Position numbers and translations under genes: made by a program
Notes under the pieces: model-generated
Database searches by the model: none
The model's input: only the letters and a program-made list of their open reading frames with translations
Told to the model about the DNA's origin: nothing
Part shown: positions 1 through 9,625 of the stretch, piece after piece
Numbering within the stretch: the first letter of the stretch is position 1
How the letters are laid out: each line of letters starts with the position of its first letter
NCBI GenBank assembly: GCA_964016885.1
Contig: OZ024743.1
Coordinates: 141,422,001 to 141,486,000, forward strand
Direction: 5' to 3'
DNA: 64,000 nucleotides
From: Eledone cirrhosa
Lineage: Eukaryota

Positions 1-833
1 TTGGTGCTTGGTGCTTCGTGATTGGTGCTTGGTGCTTGGTGTTTGGTGCTTGGTGCTTGGTGATTAGTGTTTGTTGCTTGGTGCTTGGGGTTTGGTGGTT
101 GGTGCTTGGTGCTTGGTGTTTGGTGTTTGGTGTTTGGTGTTTGGTGTTTGCTGTATGGTGTTTGCTGTTTCGTATTTGGTTTTTGCTGTTTGGTGTTTGG
201 TGTTTGCTGTTTGGTGTTTGGTGTTTGGTGTTTGGTGCTTGGTGCTTGGTGCTTGGTGTTTGGCGTTTGGTGCTTGGTGCTTGGTGTTTGGTGCTTCGTG
301 CTTGGTGTTTGGTGTTTGGTGCTTGGTGGCTGGTGCTTGTTGTATGGTGCTTGGTGCTTGGTGATTAGTGTTTGGTGCTTGGTGCTTGGTGTTTGGTGCT
401 TGGTGTTTGGTGCTTGGTGTTTGGTGTTTGGTGTTTGGTACTTGGTGTTCGGTGTTTGGTGTTTGGTGCTTGGTGCTTGGTGTTTGATGTTTGGTCCTTG
501 GTGCTTGGTGTTTGGTGTTGTGTGCTTGGTGCTTGGTGGTTGGTGTTTCGTGCTTGGTGCTTGGTGCTTGGTGTTTGGTGCTTGGTGTTTGATGCTGCGT
601 CCTTGGTGTTTGGTGTTTGGTGCTTGGTGCTTGGTGTTTGGTGTTTGGAGCTTGGTGCCTGGTGCTTGTTGTTTGGTGTTTGGTGCTTGGTGCTTGGTGT
701 TTGGTGTTTGGTGCTTGGTGCTTGGTGCTTGGTATCTGGTGTTAGGTGCTTGATGTTTGGTGTTTGGTGCTTGGTGTTTGGTGTTTGGTGCATGGTGCTT
801 GGTGTTTGGTGCTTGGTGTTTGGTGTTTGGTGT

Positions 834-1435
834 TTGATGCTTGGTGTTTGCTGCTGGCTGCTTGCTGCTTGGTGTTTGGTGCTAGGGGCTTGGTGCTTGG
901 TGCTTGGTGTTTGGTGCTTGGTGCTTGGTGCCTGGTGCTTGGTGCTTGGTGCTTGTTGTTTGGTGCTTGGTGCTTGGTGATTAGTGTTTGGTGCTTGGTG
1001 CTTGCGGTTTGGTGTTTGGTGCTTGGGGTTTGGTGTTTGGTGCTTGGTGCTTGGTGTTTGGTGCTTGGTGCTTGGTGCTTGGTGTTTGGTGCTTGGTGCT
1101 TGGTGTTTGGTGCTTGGTGCTTGGTGTTTGGTGTTTGATGCTTGGTGTTTGCTGCTGGCTGCTTGCTGCTTGGTGTTTGGTGCTAGGGGCTTGGTGCTTG
1201 GTGCTTGGTGTTTGGTGCTTGGTGCTTGGTGCCTGGTGCTTGGTGCTTGGTGCTTGTTGTTTGGTGCTTGGTGCTTGGTGATTAGTGTTTGGTGCTTGGT
1301 GCTTGCGGTTTGGTGTTTGGTGCTTGGGGTTTGGTGTTTGGTGCTTGGTGCTTGTTGTTTGGTGCTTGGTGCTTGGTGCTTGGTGTTTGGTGCTTGGTGC
1401 TTGGTGTTTGGTGCTTGGTGCTTGGTGTTTGGTGT
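834..1435 (+). repeat. 301-bp (43-unit) tandem duplication; repeated again at about 10850-11450 and 13585-14185
   Basis: The marker series TTGATGC..TTGCTGC TGGCTGC..TAGGGGC..GATTAG..TTGCGGT starts at 834 and again at 1135. ORF starts 984/1285, 10998/11299 and 13735/14036 all differ by 301. Confidence 0.9.
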
Positions 1436-4400
1436 TTGGCGTTTGCTGTTTGCTGTTTGGTGTTTGGTGTTTGCTGTTTGGTGGTTGGTGCTTGGTGTTT
1501 GGTGTTTGGTGTTTGGTACTTGGTGCTTGGTGTTTGGTGCTTGGTGCTTGGTGCTGGGTGTTTGGTGCTTGGTGCTTGGTGTTTGGTGCTTGGTGCTTGG
1601 TGCTTGGTGTTTGGTCCTTGGTGCTTGGTGCTTGGTCTTTGGTGCTTGTGTTTTGGTGTTTGGTGCTTGGTGCTTGGTGTTTGGTGCTTGGTTCTTGGTG
1701 CTTGGTGCTTGGTGTTTGTTGATTGCTGCTTGGTGCCTGGTGTTTCGTGCTTGGTGCTTGGTGTTTGGTGTTTGGTGCTTGGTGTTTGGTGTTTGGTACT
1801 TGGTGCTTGGTGCTTGGTGCTTGGTGTTTGGTGCTTGGTGTTTGATGCTGCGTGCTTGGTGTTTGGTGTTTGGTGCTTGCTGCTTGGTGTTTGGTGTTTG
1901 GAGCTTGGTGCCTGCTGCTTGTTGTTTGGTGTTTGGTGCTTGGTGCTTGGTGCTTGGTGTTTGGTGTTTGGTGCTTGGTGCTTGGTGTTTGGTGCTTGGT
2001 GTTTGGTGTTTTGTGTTTGGTGCTTGGTGCTTGGTGCCTGGTGCTTGTTGCTTGGTGCTTGTTGATTGGTGCTTGGTGCTTGGTGATTAGTGTTTGGTGC
2101 TTGGTGCGTGCGGTTTGATGTTTGGTGCTTGGGGTTTGGTGTTTGGTGCTTGGTGCTTGGTGTTTGGTGCTTGGTGCTTGGTGCTTGGTGCTTGGTGCTT
2201 GGTGTTTGGTGCTTGGTGTTTGGTGCTTGGTGCTTGGTGCTTGGTGCTTGGTGTTAGGTGTTTGGTGCTTGGTGCTTGGTGTTTGATGTTTGGTCCTTGG
2301 TGCTTGGTGTTTGGTGTTTGTTGCTTGGTGCTTGGTGTTTGGTGTTTGGTGCTTGCTGCTTGCTGCTTGGTGTTTGGTGCTTGGTGATTGGTGCTTGGTG
2401 TTTTGTGCTTGCTGTTTGGTGTTTGGTGCTTGGTGCGTGGGACTTAGTGTTTGGTATTTGGTGCTTGGTGTTTGGTGCTTGGTGTTTGGTGCTTGGTGTT
2501 TGGGGCTTGGTGTTCGGTGCTTGGTGCTTGGTGCTTGGGGCTTGGTGTTTGGTGTTTGGTGCTTGGTGCTTGGTGTTTGATGTTGGGTCCTTGGTGCTTG
2601 GTGTTTGGTGTTTGGTGCTTGGTGTTTGGTGTTTGGTGCTTGGTGCTTGGTGTTTGGTGTTTGGTGCTTGGTGCATGGGGCTTGGTGTTTGGTGCTTGGT
2701 GCTTGGTGTTTGGTGCTTCTGCTTGGGGCTTGGTAGTTGGTGCTTGGTGCCTGGTGTTTGGTGTTTGGTGTTTGGTGCTTGGTGTATGGTGCTTGGTGCT
2801 TGGTGCTGGGTGGTTGGTGTTTGGTGCTTGGTGCTTGGTGTTTGGTGCTTGGTGCTTGGTGCTTGTTGTTTGGTGCTTGGTGCTTGGTGCTTGGTCTTTG
2901 GTGCATGGTGTTTGGTGTTTGGCGCTTGGTGCTTGGTGCTTCGTGATTGGTGCTTGGGGTTTGGTGGTTGGTGCTTGGTGCTTGGTGTTTGGTGTTTGGT
3001 GTTTGGTGTTTGGTGTTTGCTGTTTGGTGTCTGCTTTTTGGTGTTTGGTGTTTGCTGTATGGTGTTTGCTGTTTCGTATTTGGTTTTTGCTGTTTGGTGT
3101 TTGGTGTTTGCTGTTTGGTGTTTGGTGTTTGGTGTTTGGTGCTTGGTGCTTGGTGCTTGGTGTTTGGCGTTTGGTGCTTGGTGCTTGGTGTTTGGTGCTT
3201 GGTGCTTGGTGTTTGGTGTTTGGTGCTTGGTGCCTGGTGCTTGTTGTATGGTGTTTGGTGCTTGGTGCTTGGTGTTTGGTGTTTGCTGCTTGGTGTCTGG
3301 TGTTTGGTGCTTGGTGTTTGGTGTTTGGTGCTTGGTGCTTGGTGTTTGGTGTTTGGTGCTTGGTGCTTGGTGTTTGGTGTTTGGTGCTGGGTGCATGGAG
3401 TTTGGTGCTTGGTGCTTAGTGCTTGGTGTTTGGTGTTTGGTGCTTGGTATTTGGTGTTTGGTGTTTGATGCTTGGTGTGTGGTGCTTGGTGCTTGGTGTT
3501 TTGTGTTTGGTGCTTGGTGCTTGGTGACTGGTGCTGGGTGCTTGGTGCTTGTTGTTTGGTGCTTGGTGCTTGGTGATTAGTGTTTGGTGCTTGGTGCTTG
3601 GTGTTTGGTGCTTGGTGTTTGGTGCTTGGTGCCTGGTGCTTGGTGTTTGGTGTTTGATGCTTGGTGTTTGGTGTTTGGTGTTTGGTACTTGGTGTTCGGT
3701 GCTTGGTGCTTGGTGCTTGGTGCTTGGTGTTTGGTGTTTGGTGCTTGGTGCTTGGTGTTTGATGTTTGGTCCTTGGTGCTTGGTGTTTGGTGTTGTGTGC
3801 TTGGCGCTTGGTGGTTGGTGTTTGGTGCTTGGTGCTTGGTGCTTGGTGTTTGGCGTTTCCTGTTTGCTGTTTGGTGTTAGGTGTTTGCTGTTTGGTGTTT
3901 GCTGTTTGGTGTTTGGTGTTTGGTGCTTGCTGTTTGGTGCTTGGTGCTTGGTGTATGGTGTTTGATGCTTGGTGTTTGGTGCTTGGTGCTTGGTGCTGGG
4001 TGTTTGGTGCTTGGTGCTTGGTGCTTGGTGATTGGTGCTTGGTGTTTGGTCCTTGGTGCTTGGTGCATGGTCTTTGGTGCTTGGGTTTTGATGTTTGGTG
4101 CTTGGTGCTTGGTGTTTGGCGCTTGGTGCTTGGTGCTTGGTGCTTGGTGTTTGGTGCTTGCTGCTTGGTGCTTGGTGTTTGGTGCTTGGTGCTTGGTGAG
4201 TAGTGTTTGGTGATTGGTGCTTGGGGTTTTGTGTTTGGGGCTTGGTGTTTGGTGCTTAGTGCTTGCTGTTTGGTGTTTGGTGTTTGGTTCTTGGTGCTTG
4301 GTGTTTGGTGTTTGGTGTTTGGTGCTTGGTGCTTGGTGCTTGGTGTTTGGTGCTTGGTGCTTGGTGCTTGGTGTTTGGTGCTGCGTGCTTGGTGTTTGGT

Positions 4401-4895
4401 GTTTGGTGCTTGGTGCCTGGTGCTTGTTGTTTGGTACTTGGTGCTTGGTGCTTGGTGCTTGGTGTTTGGTGCTTGGTGTTTGATGCTGCCTGCTTGGTGT
4501 TTGGTGTTTGGTGCTTGGTGCTTGGTGGCTGGTGTTTGGTGCTTGGTGTTTGGAGTTTGGTGCTTGGTGCTTGGTGCCTGGTGTTTCGTGCTTGGTGCTT
4601 GGTGCTTGGTGTTTGGTGTTTGGTGCTTGGTGTTTGGTGTTTGGTACTTGGTGCTTGGTGCTTGGTGCTTGGTGTTTGGTGCTTGGTGTTTGATGCTGCC
4701 TGCTTGGTGTTTGGTGTTTGGCGCTTGGTGCTTGGTGTTTGGTGTTTGGTGCTTGGTGCTTGGTGCTTGGTATCTGGTGTTTGGTGCTTGATGTTTGGTG
4801 TTTGGTGCTTGGTGTTTTGTGTTTGGTGATTGGTGCTTGGTGCCTGGTGCTTGGTGCTTGGTGCTTGTTGTTTGGTGCTTGGTGCTTGGTGATTA

Positions 4896-5350
4896 GTGTT
4901 TGGTGCTTGGTGCTTGCGGTTTGGTGTTTGGTGCTTGGGGTTTGGTGCTTGGTGCTTGGTGCTTGGTGTTTGGTGCTTGGTGCTTGGTGTTTGGTGCTTG
5001 GTGCTTGGTGTTTGGTGTTTGGCGTTTGCTGTTTGCTGTTTGCTGTTTGGTGCTTGCTGTTTGGTGCTTGGTGCTTGGTGTTTGGTGTTTGGTGTTTTGT
5101 GCTTGGTGCTTGGTGTTTGGTGCTTGGTGCTTGGTGCTGTGTGTTTGGTGCTTGGTGCTTGGTGTTTGGTGCTTGGTGCTTGGTGCTTGGTGTTTGCTCC
5201 TTGGTGCTTGGTGCATGGTCTTTGGTGCTTGGGTTTTGGTGTTTGGTGCATGGTGCTTGGTGTTTGGTGCTTGGTTCTTGGTGCTTGGTGCTTGGTGTTT
5301 GGTGATTGCTGCTTGGTGCTTGGTGTTTGGTGCTTGGTGCTTGGTGATTA
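4896..5350 (+). repeat. Representative 455-bp (65-unit) higher-order module A
   Basis: Interval between successive TTGGTGA-TTAGTGT-type markers, carrying the ordered variants TTGCGGT, TTGGGGT, TTGCTGT run, TTGGTCT, TTGGTTC and TTGGTGA-TTGCTGC. Exactly 455 bp at 4896, 6457, 17625, 19081, 23098, 24819, 27220, 34078, 40728, 42688, 45257 and 48001. Confidence 0.88.
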
Positions 5351-6911
5351 GTGTTTGGTGATTGGTGCTTGGGGTTTGCTGTTTGGTGCTTGGTTTTTGG
5401 TGCTTGGTGCTTGCTGTTTGGTGTTTGGTGTTTGGTTCTTGGTGCTTGGTGTTTGGTGTTTGGTGTCTGGTGCTTGGTGCTTGGTGCTTGGTGTTTGGTG
5501 CTTGGTGCTTGGTGCTTGGTATTTGGTGCTGCGTGCTTGGTGTTTGGTGCTTGGTGCTTGGTGATTAGTGTTTGGTGCTTTGTGTTTGGTGCTTGGTGTT
5601 TGGTGCTTGGTGCTTGGTGCTTAGTGCTTGGTGTTAGGTGTTTGGTGCTTGGTGATTGGTGTTTGATGTTAGGTTCTTGGTGCTTGGTGTTTGGTGTTTG
5701 GTGCTTGGTGCTTGGTGTTTGGTGTTTGGTGCTTGGTGCTTGGTGCTTGGTGCTTGGTGTTAGGTGTTTGGTGCTTGGTGCTTGGTGTTTGGTGCTTGGT
5801 GCTTTGTGTTTGGTGCTTGGTGTTTGGTGCTTGGTGCTTGGTGCTTGGTGCTTGGTGTTAGGTGTTTGGTGTTTGGTGATTGGTGTTTGATGTTAGGTTC
5901 TTGGTGCTTGGTGTTTGGTGTTTGGTGCTTGGTGCTTGGTGTTTGGTGTTTGGTGCTTGGTGCTTGGTGCTTGGTGTTTGGTGTTTGGTGTTTGGTGTTT
6001 GGTGTTTGATGCTTGGTGTTTGCTGCTTGGTGCTTGGTGCTTGGTGTTTTGTGTTTGGTGTTTGATGCTGCGTGCTTGGTGTTTGGTGTTTGGTGCTTGG
6101 TGCTTGGTGTTTGGTGTTTGGAGCTTGGTGCCTGGTGCTTGTTGTTTGGTGTTTGGCGCTTGGTGCTTGGTGTTTGGTGTTTGGTGCTTGGTGCTTGGTG
6201 CTTGGTATCTGGTGTTAGGTGCTTGATGTTTGGTGTTTGGTGCTTAGTGTTTGGTGTTTGGTGCATGGTGCTTGGTGTTTGGTGCTTGGTGTTTGGTGTT
6301 TGGTGTTTGATGCTTGGTGTTTGCTGCTGGCTGCTTGCTGCTTGGTGTTTGGTGCTAGGGGCTTGGTGCTTGGTGCTTGGTGTTTGGTGCTTGGTGCTTG
6401 GTGCCTGGTGCTTGGTGCTTGGTGCTTGTTGTTTGGTGCTTGGTGCTTGGTGATTAGTGTTTGGTGCTTGGTGCTTGAGGTTTGGTGTTTGGTGCTTGGG
6501 GTTTGGTGTTTGGTGCTTGGTGCTTGGTGTTTGGTGCTTGGTGCTTGGTGCTTGGTGTTTGGTGCTTGGTGCTTGGTGTTTGGTGCTTGGTGCTTGGTGT
6601 TTGGTGTTTGGCGTTTGCTGTTTGCTGTTTTGTGCTTGGTGCTTGGGGTTTGGTGTTTGGTGCTTGGTGCTTGGTGTTTGGTGCTTGGTGCTTGGTGCTG
6701 GGTGTTTGGTGCTTGGTGCTTGGTGTTTGGTGCTTGGTGCTTGGTGCTTGGTGTTTGGTCCTTGGTGCTTGGTGCTTGGTCTTTGGTGCTTGGGGTTTGG
6801 TGTTTGGAGCTTGGTGCTTGGTGTTTGGTGCTTGGTTCTTGGTGCTTGGTGCTTGGTGTTTGGTGATTGCTGCTTGGTGCTTGGTGTTTGGTGCTTGGTG
6901 CTTGGTGACTA

Positions 6912-7695
6912 GTGTTTGGTTATTGGGGCTTGGGGTTTGCTGTTTGGTGCTTGGTGTTTGGTGCTTGGTGCTTGCTGTTTGGTGTTTGTTGTTTGGTTCT
7001 TGGTGCTTGGTGTTTGGTGTTTGGTGTTTGGTGCTTGGTGCTTGGTGTTTGGTGCTTGGTGCTTGGTGCTTGGTGTTTGGTGCGGCGTGCTTGGTGTTTG
7101 GTTTTTGGTGCTTGGTGCCTGGTGCTTGTTGTTTGGTGCTTAGTGCTTGGTGTTTGGTGTTTGGTGCTTGGTGCTTGGTGGCTGGTGCTTGGTGCTTGGT
7201 GTTTGGAGTTTGGTGCTTGGTGCTTGGTGCCTGGTGTTTCGTGCTTGGTGCTTGGTGCTTGGTGTTTGGTGTTTGGTGCTTGGTGTTTGGTGTTTGGTAC
7301 TTGGTGCTTGGTGCTTGGTGCTTGGTGTTTGGTGCTTGGTGTTTGATGCTGCGTGCTTGGTGTTTGGTGTTTGGTGCTTGGTGCTTGGTGTTTGGTGTTT
7401 GGAGCTTGGTGCCTGCTTTTTGTTGTTTGGTGTTTGGTGCTTGGTGCTTGGTGCTTGGTATCTGGTGTTTGGTGCTTGATGTCTGGTGTTTGGTGCTTGG
7501 TGCTTGGTGCTTGGTGTTTGGTGTTTGGTGCTTGGTGCTTGGTGTTTGGTGCTTGGTGTTTGGTGTTTGGTGTTTGATGCTTGGTGTTTGCTGCTTGGTG
7601 CTTGGTGCTTGGTGTTTTGTGTTTGGTGCTTGGTGCTTGGTGCCTGGTGCTTGGTGCTTGGTGCTTGTTGTTTGGTGCTTGGTGCTTGGTGATTA
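6912..7695 (+). repeat. Representative 784-bp (112-unit) higher-order module B
   Basis: Ordered variants TTGGTGG-CTGGTG, TTGGAGT, TTCGTGC, TTGGTAC, TTGATGC-TGCGTGC, TTGGAGC, TTGGTAT-CTGGTGT and TTTGTGT. 784 bp at 6912, 26436, 30453 and 44473; 693-bp forms at 4203, 35275 and 41995. Confidence 0.82.
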
Positions 7696-8209
7696 GTGTT
7701 TGGTGCTTGGTGCTTGCGGTTTGATGTTTGGTGCTTGGGGTTTGGTGTTTGGTGCTTGGTGCTTGGTGTTTGGTGCTTGGTGCTTGGTGCTTGGTGCTTG
7801 GTGCTTGGTGTTTGGTGCTTGGTGCTTGGTGTTTGGTGCTTGGTGTTTGGTGCTTGGTGCTTGGTGCTTGGTGTTAGGTGTTTGGTGCTTGGTGCTTGGT
7901 GTTTGATGTTTGGTCCTTGGTGCTTGGTGTTTGGTGTTTGTTGCTTGGTGCTTGGTGTTTGGTGTTTGGTGCTTGCTGCTTGCTGCTTGGTGTTTGGTGC
8001 TTGGTGATTGGTGCTTGGTGTTTTGTGCTTGGTGCTTGGTGTTTGGTGTTTGGTGCTAGGGGCTTGGTGCTTGGTGCTTGGTGTTTGGTGCTTGGTGCTT
8101 GGTGTTTGGTGCTTGGTGCTTGGTGTCTGGTGCTTGGTGCTTGGTGTTTGGTGCTTGGTGTTTGATGTTTGGTGCTTGGTGCTTGGTGCTTGGTGTTAGG
8201 TGTTTGGTG

Positions 8210-9625
8210 CTTGGTGCTTGGTGTTTGATGTTTGGTCCTTGGTGCATGGTGTTTGGTGTTTGTTGCTTGGTGCTTGGTGTTTGGTGTTTGGTGCTTGCTG
8301 CTTGCTGCTTGGTGTTTGGTGCTTGGTGATTGGTGCTTGGTGTTTTGTGCTTGGTGCTTGGTGTTTGGTGTTTGGTGCTAGGGGCTTGGTGCTTGGTGCT
8401 TGGTGTTTGGTGCTTGGTGCTTGCTGTTTGGTGCTTGGTGTTTGGTGCTTGGTGTTTGGGGCTTGGTGTTCGGTGCTTGGTGCTTGGTGCTTGGGGCTTG
8501 GTGTTTGGTGTTTGGTGCTTGGTGCTTGGTGTTTGATGTTGGGTCCTTGGTGCTTGGTGTTTGGTGTTTGGTGTTTGGTGTTTGGTGTTTGGTGCTTGGT
8601 GCTTGGTGTTTGGTGTTTGGTGCTTGGTGCTTGGGGCTTGGTGTTTGGTGCTTGGTGCTTGGTGTTTGGTGCTTCTGCTTGGGGCTTGGTAGTTGGTGCT
8701 TGGTGCTTGGTGCCTGGTGTTTGGTGTTTCGTGTTTGGTGCTTGGTGTATGGTGCTTGGTGCTTGGTGCTGGGTGGTTGGTGTTTGGTGCTTGGTGCTTG
8801 GTGTTTGGTGCTTGGTGCTTGGTGCTTGTTGTTTGGTGCTTGGTGCTTGGTGCTTCGTGATTGGTGCTTGGTGCTTGGTGTTTGGTGCTTGGTGCTTGGT
8901 GATTAGTGTTTGTTGCTTGGTGCTTGGTGTTTGATGTTTGGTCCTTGGTGCTTGGTGTTTGGTGTTTGTTGCTTGGTGCTTGGTGTTTGGTGTTTGGTGC
9001 TTGCTGCTTGCTGCTTGGTGTTTGGTGCTTGGTGATTGGTGCTTGGTGTTTTGTGCTTGGTGCTTGGTGTTTGGTGTTTGGTGCTAGGGGCTTGGTGCTT
9101 GGTGCTTGGTGTTTGGTGCTTGGTGCTTGCTGTTTGGTGCTTGGTGTTTGGTGCTTGGTGTTTGGGGCTTGGTGTTCGGTGCTTGGTGCTTGGTGCTTGG
9201 GGCTTGGTGTTTGGTGTTTGGTGCTTGGTGCTTGGTGTTTGATGTTGGGTCCTTGGTGCTTGGTGTTTGGTGTTTGGTGTTTGGTGTTTGGTGTTTGGTG
9301 CTTGGTGCTTGGTGTTTGGTGTTTGGTGCTTGGTGCTTGGGGCTTGGTGTTTGGTGCTTGGTGCTTGGTGTTTGGTGCTTCTGCTTGGGGCTTGGTAGTT
9401 GGTGCTTGGTGCTTGGTGCCTGGTGTTTGGTGTTTCGTGTTTGGTGCTTGGTGTATGGGGCTTGGTGCTTGGTGCTGGGTGGTTGGTGTTTGGTGCTTGG
9501 TGCTTGGTGTTTGGTGCTTGGTGCTTGGTGCTTGTTGTTTGGTGCTTGGTGCTTGGTGCTTCGTGATTGGTGCTTGGTGCTTGGTGTTTGGTGCTTGGTG
9601 CTTGGTGATTAGTGTTTGTTGCTTG
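8210..9625 (+). repeat. 706-bp tandem duplication (101 units minus 1 bp)
   Basis: ORF pairs 8330/9036 and 8400/9106 are identical at offset 706. The hexamer TTCTGC occurs at 8673 and 9379. Confidence 0.93.

Larger units (their letters stand above)
585..8100 (+). repeat. Copy 1 of a roughly 7.5-kb segmental duplication (partner about 13340-20680)
   Basis: Identical or near-identical ORF translations at stepwise offsets: 12751 (746/13497, 984/13735, 2094/14845), 12729 (3531/16260, 5351/18080), 12687 (6013/18700), 12624 (6457/19081) and 12582 (7696/20278). Confidence 0.92.

Noticed and set aside
322-340. Chi-like sequence (TGGCTGGTG) recurring in modules
   Set aside because: It reads GCTGGTGC or GCTGGTGT, not E. 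coli Chi GCTGGTGG, and arises trivially from two substitutions in the repeat.
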